64,000 nt of DNA, from assembly GCA_944389465.1 (NCBI GenBank), contig CALXML010000002.1, positions 22,633 through 86,632 of the forward strand, written 5' to 3'. The stretch comes from an uncultured Alphaproteobacteria bacterium. Lineage in GTDB: Bacteria > Pseudomonadota > Alphaproteobacteria > Rs-D84. Positions within the stretch are counted from its first letter, which is position 1, and the number at the start of each line of letters is the position of its first letter. Of this stretch, positions 17,612-26,882 are shown piece by piece. The notes under the pieces are model-generated. The model saw only the letters and a program-made list of their open reading frames with translations. It was not told where the DNA came from and did not search any database. The translations under genes were made by a program, and so were the position numbers.

Positions 17612-19407
17612 TGGCTGGTAATGTTATGAATGGAAAAAATAATATCAGTATGGACAAACCGGCGCATTTTTGGAAAACATTGGCGCAGTTGGTTGTATAT
17701 TGTCGTCGGCACTGGGGGGCAATTATTGTTGCGATATTATTTTCTGTGGCCGGCACTGTTTTGACTGTTGTTGCCCCCGAATTGTTAAAGGATATAACAA
17801 ACCTGATTGCAAACGGTTTGAAATCCAGCATAGATATGCATGACATTACACATTTGGCTGTAATTGTTGCATTGCTGTATTTTTTCAGTTTTATATTTAA
17901 TTTAATCAAGGGCTTTATGCTGGCGGGCGTTGCGGCACGCGTATCGCGTTCATTGCGTCGTGATATTGCATCAAAAATAAATCGCCTGCCGTTGGGATAT
18001 TTTAATTCAAACAGCATTGGGGATATAATGTCCCGCGTTACAAACGACGTGGATATAGTATCCCAAGTTTTGGGACAAAGTTTTGGAACTTTTGTTGCGC
18101 AAATAGTGATGTTTTTTGGTTCAATGATAATGATGTTTTATACAAATTGGATAATGGCATTATCAGCAATAATTGCAACAGCGTTGGGATTAGTTTTGAT
18201 GACAGTAATATTGTCCCATTCGCAAAAATATTTTATCCGCCAGCAACGTGAATTGGGTAAATTAAATGGATATATAGAAGAACGCTATTCCGGCCTGACC
18301 GTGGTCAAGGCATATAATGCAGAATCAGACACCAAACGCGAATTTGCGGAAATGAACGGGGATTTGTACAACAGTGCTTGGAAAAGTCAGTTTATATCAG
18401 GATTAACCCACCCGTTAATGAATTTTGTTGGGAATTTAGGCTATGTTACGGTTTGTGTTGTTGGTGCGTTATTGGTATGGAATAATGTAATTTCATTTGG
18501 TGTAATTGTTGCATTTATCGTGTATGTTGATTTGTTTGGCGATGCCGCATCCCAGTTTTCATCATTGCTGTCAAATTTACAGTCTGCTGCCGCGGCCAGT
18601 GAACGTGTTTTTGAATTTCTGGATTTACAATCCGTACCACGTGATACAGGAAAAATAATTCCGTTGGAACGTGTTCGTAGTGATGTTGAATTTCGCCATG
18701 TGCGTTTTGGATATGAACCAAATAAAATTATAATAAAAGATTTTTCTGCTGTTGTGCATGCCGGACAAAAGGTTGCAATTGTTGGGCCAACAGGGGCGGG
18801 TAAAACAACATTGGTGAATTTATTGATGCGCTTTTATGATTTAAATGGTGGCGAAATTTTAATAGATGGCATACCCACGACACAACTGCGCCGTTCAAAT
18901 GTGCGTTCTATGTTTTGTATGGTGTTACAGGACACATGGCTGTTTCAGGGCACGATTCGTGAAAATATTGTATATGATAAATCCGGCGTTACGGATGCAA
19001 CTGTTATTGATGCGGCGCGTGCGGTTGGACTGGATGAATTTATAAAAACATTGCCTGCGGGCTATAATACTGTATTAAATGATGTAACGACATTGTCCGC
19101 TGGCCAGCGTCAGTTATTAACAATTGCGCGCACAATGGTGAAAAATGCGCCGATGCTGATATTGGACGAAGCCACCAGTTCAGTGGACACCCGCACCGAA
19201 ATTCAAATTCAGCGCGCTATGGATAAATTAATGCATGGTCGTACCAGTTTTATTATTGCGCATCGTTTGTCAACAATTCGCAATGCAGATTTAATATTGG
19301 TTATGCGTGACGGCAATATAATTGAAAGTGGTTCGCACGATGAATTAATGGCGCGTGGCGGATTTTATACTGAATTGTATAACAGCCAATTTGATAAAAC
19401 CGCGTAA
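17611..19407 (+). CDS. ABC transporter permease/ATP-binding protein (heterodimeric exporter, subunit 2)
   Basis: TAATG overlap with the upstream gene. Walker A GPTGAGKTT, signature LSAGQRQL, Walker B LILDEATS. Confidence 0.92.
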   Translation: MAGNVMNGKNNISMDKPAHFWKTLAQLVVYCRRHWGAIIVAILFSVAGTVLTVVAPELLKDITNLIANGLKSSIDMHDITHLAVIVALLYFFSFIFNLIKGFMLAGVAARVSRSLRRDIASKINRLPLGYFNSNSIGDIMSRVTNDVDIVSQVLGQSFGTFVAQIVMFFGSMIMMFYTNWIMALSAIIATALGLVLMTVILSHSQKYFIRQQRELGKLNGYIEERYSGLTVVKAYNAESDTKREFAEMNGDLYNSAWKSQFISGLTHPLMNFVGNLGYVTVCVVGALLVWNNVISFGVIVAFIVYVDLFGDAASQFSSLLSNLQSAAAASERVFEFLDLQSVPRDTGKIIPLERVRSDVEFRHVRFGYEPNKIIIKDFSAVVHAGQKVAIVGPTGAGKTTLVNLLMRFYDLNGGEILIDGIPTTQLRRSNVRSMFCMVLQDTWLFQGTIRENIVYDKSGVTDATVIDAARAVGLDEFIKTLPAGYNTVLNDVTTLSAGQRQLLTIARTMVKNAPMLILDEATSSVDTRTEIQIQRAMDKLMHGRTSFIIAHRLSTIRNADLILVMRDGNIIESGSHDELMARGGFYTELYNSQFDKTA

Positions 19408-19408
19408 T

Positions 19409-19437
19409 AAAAAACCGCCCAAATGGGCGATTTTTTA
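19409..19437. terminator. bidirectional intrinsic terminator
   Basis: AAAAAACCGCCCAAATGGGCGATTTTTT between convergent genes. Confidence 0.8.
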
Positions 19438-20475
19438 TTACATATTTGTCTTAAAGAAAGATTCCAGTTTATCAAACGGTATTTTGTCCGTGCGGTCATA
19501 CAAATCAATATGTTCCGCATCTGGCACAACATACAGTTCCTTTGGCTGGTTCGCCGCGGAATATGCATCTTCACTGTAAAAGCGTGAATGGGCGCGGTCA
19601 CCAACGATAAACAATATTGGTCGTGGTGAAATTTCATCAATATGTTGCAATAAACTGAAATTCATCATTGCCAAATTACTGGTTGTGGTAAAACCACCAC
19701 GTGCGTTGGGGTGAAAACCGCGTGGCACGGCATAGAACCGGAACCATTCACGTGATGTTTCGTCCATTTCTGGAATTTCATCAATACTGATTGGCTTTTC
19801 CGGAAAAGACGGAATGTATTCAGGATATCCATTTTCTGCATCAATCCAGCGTTGCGCAGACAGTTTTTCTTTTGTTGCCTGAATTTCTTTGGCATTCATC
19901 CCCAACCGTGCGGTGGCACTCATATCATACATACTGGCGGTGGCAACAGCGCGAATGCGTGTATCAACCGCCGCCGCAGACAGTGCAAAACCGCCCGAAC
20001 CGCAAACGCCAATTACACCAATTTTGTCACGATTTACATATGGTAATAACCCCAGATAATCAACACCGGCACTGAAATTTTCAACAAATATATCGGGTGA
20101 TGACACATGACGCGGTTCGCCACCAGAATCGCCCATAAACGATTGGTCAAAAGTCAAAACCACAAACCCACGCCCCGCCAATTCGTTGGCGTATACGCAT
20201 GGGGCCTGTTCTTTGACACCGCCGTATGGCGCACCCACAATCAGGGCAGGGTACTGTTGTGATTTATCCATATCACGTGCAGTGTACAGATTACCTGCAA
20301 TTTCCATTCCATATCTGTTTTTATAATGTACGCGTTTTACATCAATGTTTTCACTGATGGGCGCGATACAGGCGCGTGGTGTGGTTTGGCTGTGTTTGGC
20401 ACGTACACCAACGATAACGCCAATTACGATTGCCACCGCGCATAACGCAATAACAGTGATTGTAATTTTATTCAT
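19438..20475 (-). CDS. membrane-anchored alpha/beta hydrolase (dienelactone hydrolase/YcjY-like)
   Basis: N-terminal TM helix. IGVIGVCGSGGFALSAAAVD nucleophile elbow resembles the Cys-type DLH/YcjY family. Confidence 0.7.
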   Translation of the reverse strand: MNKITITVIALCAVAIVIGVIVGVRAKHSQTTPRACIAPISENIDVKRVHYKNRYGMEIAGNLYTARDMDKSQQYPALIVGAPYGGVKEQAPCVYANELAGRGFVVLTFDQSFMGDSGGEPRHVSSPDIFVENFSAGVDYLGLLPYVNRDKIGVIGVCGSGGFALSAAAVDTRIRAVATASMYDMSATARLGMNAKEIQATKEKLSAQRWIDAENGYPEYIPSFPEKPISIDEIPEMDETSREWFRFYAVPRGFHPNARGGFTTTSNLAMMNFSLLQHIDEISPRPILFIVGDRAHSRFYSEDAYSAANQPKELYVVPDAEHIDLYDRTDKIPFDKLESFFKTNM

Positions 20476-20636
20476 TGTACTTTTCTCCTTTGTTTTTTAA
20501 AGAATCTGAACACAGTATAAATCATAGAGTTAACTTTAAGTCAAGTGTTTTTTGTTTGACATTTATTTGATTTTTATATACTTTTTAATAGGTATATTTA
20601 CCTAAACGTAATATTGTATTTTGTTAAGGAGAAACA

Positions 20637-21443
20637 ATGAAAAAAGCATTAGCATTATTTATGGCAACCGCAATGTTTGCACCATCTGCGTTTGCGGCGG
20701 AAATCACCCCATATATTGGTTTGGGGCTGGTTATTGACAAGGCGAATACAACGGCCAAACGTGTGGGCTTTAATCCAACTCCACTGACTGGTTTAATGGC
20801 CCCTAATGCTGATATTGCATCAATTATGTCACAGGCGTTTGTACAAAATGGCGGTTCTGAAATGGCCTTTGATATGGCGTTTGCCGGTGAAATCACCGCC
20901 GGTATAAAATATGGCAATGTTCGTGGTGAACTAGAAGTTGCAGTTCGCAGTGCATCCGAGGATGATTATGACATTTTTGATGGCAATATTGTTGAAGCAA
21001 TTGTTGGAACACCAATTGCAAACATACCAACGGAAATAGAAAACTCAATTTCTGTACGTCATAACTCATATTTGGCAAATGTTTATTATGATTTTGAATT
21101 AGAAAATTCAAAATGGACACCATATATCGGTGCCGGTGTTGGTTTTGGTGTATACCGTCAAAAGGCAACCGTTGAAATTGATATTGACGAAGTTGCATTG
21201 GCCAATTTACAAGAGCCTATTAAGAGTATAGTTGGTGGGGTATTATCAAAAATACCCGCCGGTGAAATGGAGGTTGCCAACGATACCCTGTACGAATTTG
21301 AATGGCAGGTCGGCCTTGGGGCTGTATACAACTTTAACGAAGATTGGGCGGTTGACGTTGGTTATCGCTTTAATTCTTCTACGGTTGAGGGTGAATTTGT
21401 TTACGCCCACGAAATTAAATTGGGTGCACGCTATTCATTCTAA
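20637..21443 (+). CDS. outer-membrane beta-barrel protein (OMP_b-brl/Omp25-like)
   Basis: Signal peptide ..APSAFA, repeated TPYIGLG/TPYIGAGVGFG strands, C-terminal ..LGARYSF. AAGGAGA SD. Confidence 0.8.
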   Translation: MKKALALFMATAMFAPSAFAAEITPYIGLGLVIDKANTTAKRVGFNPTPLTGLMAPNADIASIMSQAFVQNGGSEMAFDMAFAGEITAGIKYGNVRGELEVAVRSASEDDYDIFDGNIVEAIVGTPIANIPTEIENSISVRHNSYLANVYYDFELENSKWTPYIGAGVGFGVYRQKATVEIDIDEVALANLQEPIKSIVGGVLSKIPAGEMEVANDTLYEFEWQVGLGAVYNFNEDWAVDVGYRFNSSTVEGEFVYAHEIKLGARYSF

Positions 21444-21466
21444 AAACAGCGACAAAATATATAAAA

Positions 21467-21488
21467 ATCCCGCCCCGCGGGATTTTTT
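21467..21488 (+). terminator. intrinsic terminator after the OMP gene
   Basis: ATCCCGC-CCC-GCGGGAT hairpin followed by TTTTTT. Confidence 0.75.
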
Positions 21489-21534
21489 ATTGGCGCACAA
21501 TTATATTGATATGCAATTGCATACACCAAAAAAA

Positions 21535-21561
21535 TATAAAAAAACAGGGCAAAGCCCCGTG
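21535..21561 (-). terminator. intrinsic terminator after nrdG
   Basis: Minus strand CGGGGCTTTGCCCTG hairpin followed by TTTTTTT. Confidence 0.65.
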
Positions 21562-21563
21562 TC

Positions 21564-22265
21564 TTATTCCCGCCATGTGACGGAATCAAACAATGCGTCA
21601 ATTGTTGCACGCAGATTTTTGTCTGTAAAAAACTGGGCCCGCTGTTCGGGCGTTGTGTTATGTGTGGAATCTTCAAAATGTGGAATATATTTTTGAACTG
21701 CGAACTTTTTTACACCACGATTATGTAAATCTGTTGCAATTTCCATTAAATCCAGTTTTGTCACAAAACGCGGGTCACACGTTACGCGAACTTCAAAATC
21801 TTTGCCGGTTGCCAACCAAACATCCAAACTGCGAATCATATGGTCGTGCGCAATATTTTGACCCGACAGGTCACCATACTTGTTTCGCGTGGTTTTGTAA
21901 TCCAAACCAATCCAGTCCACATAATCAGCCGCACGCGCCAGTGTTTCTGGATAAAAACCATTGGTATGCAGTCCGATTGCAAAACCCAATTCACGTACGC
22001 GTCGCATATATTCAATTAACGCATCGCCCTGCATTAATGCTTCGCCACCGGAAAAAACGACGGCCTCCAGTTTGCCGACACGGCTTTTCAGCCATTCCAA
22101 GACTTTTTCTGGGTCATATTCACCGTCGTGTAATGGTATCAGATGTGGATTGGAACAATACACACAGTGCAATGGACACCCCACCAGAAACAGCACTGCG
22201 GCCAATTTTTCTGGGTAATCAATTGTTGTGAATGAAACCAATCCACCTATCTGAATCTCTCTCAT
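21564..22265 (-). CDS. nrdG: anaerobic ribonucleoside-triphosphate reductase activating protein (radical SAM)
   Basis: CPLHCVYCSNP CxxxCxxC cluster motif, VVFSGGEA, located directly downstream of nrdD. Confidence 0.9.
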   Translation of the reverse strand: MREIQIGGLVSFTTIDYPEKLAAVLFLVGCPLHCVYCSNPHLIPLHDGEYDPEKVLEWLKSRVGKLEAVVFSGGEALMQGDALIEYMRRVRELGFAIGLHTNGFYPETLARAADYVDWIGLDYKTTRNKYGDLSGQNIAHDHMIRSLDVWLATGKDFEVRVTCDPRFVTKLDLMEIATDLHNRGVKKFAVQKYIPHFEDSTHNTTPEQRAQFFTDKNLRATIDALFDSVTWRE

Positions 22266-22267
22266 AA

Positions 22268-22456
22268 CTATGCAGCTTTCTTCATCAATTCACTGTGACG
22301 TTGGCCAGTTGTTAAACTGTTCGCCTCGGTAAAAGTTTTTCTTTCGCAAAATTCAGAATATTTTCCAATGTTAAAGTTGGAAACAGGTCTGATGAACCCC
22401 ATTGAACGTGAAAAGATTTCACATTGTGTTCTTTGCGTGTTTTCTGTTGCTGCCAT
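22268..22456 (-). CDS. stand-alone NrdD C-terminal glycyl-radical domain (62 aa)
   Basis: EIFSRSMGFIRPVSNFNIGKYSEFCERKTF matches the NrdD C-terminus (..ysR..GY.rPv..wN.GK..E...R). Own AAGGGAGG SD 8 nt upstream. In frame with nrdD, 12 codons after its TAA. Confidence 0.8.
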   Translation of the reverse strand: MAATENTQRTQCEIFSRSMGFIRPVSNFNIGKYSEFCERKTFTEANSLTTGQRHSELMKKAA

Positions 22457-22492
22457 AATTTTTTCCTCCCTTTCTGTTATTATGTTGTTGTT

Positions 22493-24541
22493 TTATTGTA
22501 AAACTGTTGAATTTTCCGTATTTTGATTTGCTGCGATTTCAGCATCACATTTCGGACAAAATTCGTGCCGCCCCGGTAAATATCCGTGTTTCGGACAGAT
22601 AGAGAATGTCGGCGTCAGTGTCATGTACGGAATTTTATAATTTTCAAAAATAGTACGTACAATCTTTTCAGCCGCCGCACCACTGGAAACAGGTTCGCCC
22701 ATATACAGGTGTAACATTGTGCCACCCGTGTATTTACGTTGTAATTCCTCTTGATGTTCCAGTGCGACGAATGGGTCGTCTGTATAATTCACCGGCAATT
22801 GGGTTGAATTTGTATAATATGGTGCGTCATGCGTACCGGCCGTAATAATATCTGGGAAATTCTTTACGTCTGTTTTGGCAAAGCGATAAGAACAACCCTC
22901 GGCTGGGGTGGCCTCCAGATTATACAGGTTTCCAGTTTGTTCCTGAAACGTGGCCAGATTTTCACGAATAAAGTCCATCAAATCCAGAACCAATTTCTTG
23001 CCCATTGGGGTTGCAATATTTTCCTTGTCATTGGTAAAGTTACGCACCATTTCATTCGCGCCATTTACACCAATTGTTGAAAAGTGATGATTCCAATTGC
23101 CCAAATAGCGACGGGTAAACGGATACAAACCACGTTCCATATTTTTGGTGATTATGCGACGCTTGATTTCCAATGCATCACGTGCCAAATCCAACAGGCG
23201 TTTCAGTTCACGGAACAAACCTTCGCGGTCGCCCTTGTGCGTGTATCCCAAACGGGACAGGTTAATTGTAACAACGCCAATAGAACCCGTTTTTTCCGCA
23301 GAACCAAACAATCCACCACCACGCTTTAACAATTCGCGTACATCCAAACGCAGACGGCAACACATTGAACGCACATCTGTTGGATTCAAATCAGAATTTA
23401 AGAAGTTCTGGAAATTAGGAATACCGTATTTTGCCGCCAAATCAAACAAAGGCTTTACATTCGGGTGTTCCCATGGGAAATCCTTGGTAATATTATATGT
23501 TGGTATTGGGAACGTGAATGGACGACCCATGGCGTCACCTTCGGTCATAACCTCTATGAACGCCTTGTTAATCATATCCATTTCTGGTTGCAGGTCACCA
23601 TATGTGAAATCAGCCTGTTTTTTACCAATAAAAGGACGCTGATTCTTTAAATCTTCTGGACAGGTCCAATCAAATGTAAAGTTAATAAATGGTGTTTGTG
23701 TTCCCCAACGACACGGCACAGCACAATTGAACACCAATGTCTGCATAGAATTTTTCACGTCTGCATATGACATATTGTCAACCCTGACATATGGGGCCAA
23801 ATACGTATCCACAGATGAAAAAGCCTGTGCCCCAGCAAATTCATTTTGCAACGTGCCCAAGAAGTTCACCATATGTGAAACCGCGGTTGCCATATGTTTT
23901 GCCGGTTCACACTGCAGATATCCGGGGACACCATTAAAGCCCTCGTACAATAATTCGCGCAATGACCACCCCGCACAATATCCGGTCAGCCACCCCAAAT
24001 CATGAATATGAATAGATGCGTTTTTGTGTGCCTCGGCAATTTCGCGCGGGTACAGATTTAACCAGTATTCCGCAGTAACGCGTTCAGACGTGCGCAAAAT
24101 TAATCCACCAATGGAATATCCAACATTGGCATTTTCCTTTATTCGCCAATTAGAACCGCCAACGTATCCCTCTATTACCTCTACGGCGTCAACATATGAA
24201 TCGCGGATTTCAGTACGCTTTTGACGATATATAATATAAGATTCCGCCGTTTTATACGCATGTGCATCCATCAGCGATTCAATTACGGCCTCTTGCACAT
24301 CTTCTACGGTTGGGTTTTTGTCAGTAAACTTTAATTCCAACTTGTTCAATGCAGATTGTGTAATGTTTGCGATTTGTTCATCTGAAATTTCATGTGTAAC
24401 GGCAACAGCCTTTTTAACAGCATCAAAAATCTTTTTTGCATCAAATGGTACAGATTCGCCGGAACGCTTTTGAACAACTTTCAGTCGTGTGTTAAGTGTC
24501 GGAATAATCTGAATTTTATTATCGTTTTCTGGCGTAGGCAT
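22493..24541 (-). CDS. nrdD: anaerobic (class III) ribonucleoside-triphosphate reductase, large part lacking the glycyl-radical tail
   Basis: N-terminal ATP-cone (VVKRSGESVPFDAKKI..), NRDD core, C-terminal Zn ribbon ..CPKHGYLPGRHEFCPKCD, then a TAA stop. Confidence 0.92.
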   Translation of the reverse strand: MPTPENDNKIQIIPTLNTRLKVVQKRSGESVPFDAKKIFDAVKKAVAVTHEISDEQIANITQSALNKLELKFTDKNPTVEDVQEAVIESLMDAHAYKTAESYIIYRQKRTEIRDSYVDAVEVIEGYVGGSNWRIKENANVGYSIGGLILRTSERVTAEYWLNLYPREIAEAHKNASIHIHDLGWLTGYCAGWSLRELLYEGFNGVPGYLQCEPAKHMATAVSHMVNFLGTLQNEFAGAQAFSSVDTYLAPYVRVDNMSYADVKNSMQTLVFNCAVPCRWGTQTPFINFTFDWTCPEDLKNQRPFIGKKQADFTYGDLQPEMDMINKAFIEVMTEGDAMGRPFTFPIPTYNITKDFPWEHPNVKPLFDLAAKYGIPNFQNFLNSDLNPTDVRSMCCRLRLDVRELLKRGGGLFGSAEKTGSIGVVTINLSRLGYTHKGDREGLFRELKRLLDLARDALEIKRRIITKNMERGLYPFTRRYLGNWNHHFSTIGVNGANEMVRNFTNDKENIATPMGKKLVLDLMDFIRENLATFQEQTGNLYNLEATPAEGCSYRFAKTDVKNFPDIITAGTHDAPYYTNSTQLPVNYTDDPFVALEHQEELQRKYTGGTMLHLYMGEPVSSGAAAEKIVRTIFENYKIPYMTLTPTFSICPKHGYLPGRHEFCPKCDAEIAANQNTENSTVLQ

Positions 24542-24563
24542 TTTTACACTCCGATATTATAAA

Positions 24564-24579
24564 ATCTCAATATATAGTG
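24564..24579. promoter_or_regulatory. NrdR box candidate (proximal, nrdD)
   Basis: TCTCAATATATAGTGG compared with consensus acaCwAtATaTwGtgt. Confidence 0.6.
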
Positions 24580-24596
24580 GTTGTTTTTCTTATTTG

Positions 24597-24612
24597 ATAA
24601 CAATATATAGTA
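24597..24612. promoter_or_regulatory. NrdR box candidate (overlaps the putative nrdD -10)
   Basis: TAACAATATATAGTAT. Its core is 33 bp from the core of the proximal box. Confidence 0.6.
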
Positions 24613-24629
24613 TATACGCTTTGTCGGCA
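24601..24629 (-). promoter_or_regulatory. putative nrdD promoter
   Basis: On the minus strand: TTGCCG, 17 nt, TATATT. The -10 lies inside an NrdR box. Confidence 0.5.
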
Positions 24630-24795
24630 ACACATAAAAAGTAAAAAAAATTTTATTTTTCGCTTTACTTTTTAAAAGTGGGGTTTTCTGCGGGATTGAC
24701 GCATATGCGATTCATTTATTTTGCATACCAAACAATATTTTGTGTCAAAAAAATCCTGTATCAGGTACAGGAAATGATTCGTTTTTTACCAAAAA

Positions 24796-24811
24796 ACACA
24801 AAATATAGATG
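24796..24811. promoter_or_regulatory. NrdR box candidate (distal pair)
   Basis: ACACAAAATATAGATG, core CAAAATATAG. Confidence 0.5.
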
Positions 24812-24827
24812 TGTTTTTACGAATCAA

Positions 24828-24843
24828 TAACTATATATTGACA
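24828..24843. promoter_or_regulatory. NrdR box candidate (distal pair)
   Basis: TAACTATATATTGACA. Core CTATATATTG lies 32 bp from the core of the previous box. Confidence 0.5.
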
Positions 24844-24990
24844 AAATATAAGAAAAATCTTATCCTTTTTTTGACAATATTTTTGCATGGCGGGTGGTGT
24901 GCCACGCATCCGATACAGTATAAAAAAATATGTGACTAATCTTGACAAAAATATAATATGTATTATATTTATAGAGAGAAAGGGGTGGTC

Positions 24991-25539
24991 ATGAACACAA
25001 AACAGGACTTATTGCTTATTCTGAATGCGATTGTAAATAAAAAAGTCATAACCCAACGCCGTAAATTACGCGATGGTATTCAGGCCGAATGTCGTTTGTC
25101 AGAACTGCAAAATCAAATATACAGTTTACAAGAATTTATTTCTAATAATCGTTATGACCGTGCCGACACGCTAGAGGCTGAAAATGAAATCGCCGATATT
25201 GAACGTGAAATATCGGAATGCAATGCCAAAATGGCGGCCGCAGAATTTGCACGTACTGAATTATCCGCCGCCGCAAAATTTTATGAAACATATTGTGCAG
25301 GTGTCAAATCTGCAAACATTGCGGCACTGCAAAAAGAATATGATATTTTGGACGCGCGCGCTGATAAATTGTCTGATTTAATGTTTGCGTGTGAAATAAA
25401 TATGGATTCGGATGTGCGCAGTCGGGATTTATGCGAACAATCGGCGCGTGATATGGCCGCATATCGCACAGAATATAATAATATAATGGCCAGAATGCGA
25501 AAAATTTCATCAGAAATACGTTCTGCACGCACCAAATAA
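24991..25539 (+). CDS. hypothetical coiled-coil protein
   Basis: AAAGGGGTGG SD before ATG 24991. Heptad-rich helical sequence. No family recognised. Confidence 0.5.
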   Translation: MNTKQDLLLILNAIVNKKVITQRRKLRDGIQAECRLSELQNQIYSLQEFISNNRYDRADTLEAENEIADIEREISECNAKMAAAEFARTELSAAAKFYETYCAGVKSANIAALQKEYDILDARADKLSDLMFACEINMDSDVRSRDLCEQSARDMAAYRTEYNNIMARMRKISSEIRSARTK

Positions 25540-25566
25540 AAATGCGCCGTAATGGCGCGTTTTTTA
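25540..25566. terminator. bidirectional intrinsic terminator
   Basis: AAAAATGCGCCGTAATGGCGCGTTTTTT. Confidence 0.8.
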
Positions 25567-26805
25567 TTTACATACCGTTATATATGGTGGAAATGATTTT
25601 GCACTGTCTATTCCTTTATCGCCACAATCCATACAGTTAAATTTGCGGTTTTGCGAATGTTCGCTGTCCAATGGAATGGAATATTCCTGCAGGCCTTCTA
25701 TGTTATTGGCATATGAATATGTTGGAAAACCAAAATAAAATCCACGTGATGAACCACTGCATTCATCAGGATTTCCGAGGTAACATGCCGGATTATTTAT
25801 TTTTGATGGGTCTGGCACACACACTGATTCGCAAGTGTCATAATTTGTTACCATTTTTTCACAATCTGTGCATGATGTGGATGGCACACGAACAGTTGTT
25901 CCAACCGCGCCGAATATCGCACCCTGTGAAATCGTTTCGCACTTTTTTACATTTTCAGTGGTTGTCGGGTCAACAACGCATTCCCATTCCAATGTTGAAT
26001 AATTTAATCGTGCGGTCATACCATCGGGGCAAACTTTTTCAGGAAACGGATTAACACATTCCCATACGCTGTCAACCAGAACAGCGGTTTGTTGTTCTGC
26101 ACACAGGGGCTTTTTAGATTCATCGGCAACGCACATCATTAAATCAGAATCCCAAATCATATCGCCCCCGCAATCAGTTTTTGTATTATATCCAATACAT
26201 TGCCACCGACCAAAACGATATGTTTTTATTGTTCCAATTGGGCAAATGACATCAGATTGCACAGTGGTTGTAAAAACTGTTTCTTCGGTTGGGATTTCGT
26301 ATTGTGTCATATATACCAATTGCCCATTTTGTAATTCCATTTCATCGGTGATGGCATCTGGCACAATGCGCGCACCTGTTGTGCCGCCAACCATAATTTT
26401 CCCATCCATAAATATGCCAAAAGTGCCGGCATCAGGAAAATATTCCTCCAGTATTTCCAGCATATTATTATATTCATCTGCATCAATTGGTGCGGTTGCG
26501 GTCAAAATATAACTGTATTCAGGCCGTTTATTTCTGACAATTTCGCAACTGGTAATACGCATATTGGCGTTCAGACATACAAATTGACTGGTAATACCGT
26601 TTTGTTCAACACAAACATCCTGAAACGTCCCGCCCCTTATTTGTGCATTATGTTGTGCAGATGCGCATTCTGCGACAGAACGCAAATCAGACCGATTTAT
26701 TGCGTATTCTGTTTCCTGTTCGGCGACACGCTGGCTGGGGCTGCTAATCATATAAAAACCGACCATGAACACCGCAACTAAAATCATCATAAAAATATTC
26801 ATCAT
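25564..26805 (-). CDS. membrane-anchored cysteine-rich extracytoplasmic protein, unknown function
   Basis: N-terminal TM helix MMNIFMMILVAVFMVGFYMISS, then ~390 aa with about 30 Cys in recurring W.C / C..C spacing. No family recognised. Confidence 0.5.
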   Translation of the reverse strand: MMNIFMMILVAVFMVGFYMISSPSQRVAEQETEYAINRSDLRSVAECASAQHNAQIRGGTFQDVCVEQNGITSQFVCLNANMRITSCEIVRNKRPEYSYILTATAPIDADEYNNMLEILEEYFPDAGTFGIFMDGKIMVGGTTGARIVPDAITDEMELQNGQLVYMTQYEIPTEETVFTTTVQSDVICPIGTIKTYRFGRWQCIGYNTKTDCGGDMIWDSDLMMCVADESKKPLCAEQQTAVLVDSVWECVNPFPEKVCPDGMTARLNYSTLEWECVVDPTTTENVKKCETISQGAIFGAVGTTVRVPSTSCTDCEKMVTNYDTCESVCVPDPSKINNPACYLGNPDECSGSSRGFYFGFPTYSYANNIEGLQEYSIPLDSEHSQNRKFNCMDCGDKGIDSAKSFPPYITVCK

Positions 26806-26882
26806 TCCCTCTTGCGCTTTATTAAAACTCTAGGTAATATAAGGATAAAAAGCAACAGGAAAAACAATCGCGTAATTATAAA

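Noticed and set aside
22457-22492. Selenocysteine or other recoding at the nrdD in-frame stop
   Set aside because: The stop is TAA, not TGA. No SECIS-like hairpin follows. A strong SD plus ATG sits 36 nt downstream, so separate initiation is the simpler reading. This is retained as a finding, not as recoding.
24555-24560. TATAAT 14 nt upstream of the nrdD start codon as the nrdD -10 element
   Set aside because: Transcription from it would start inside or after the GGAG SD. The upstream TTGCCG-17-TATATT promoter overlapping an NrdR box is more plausible.
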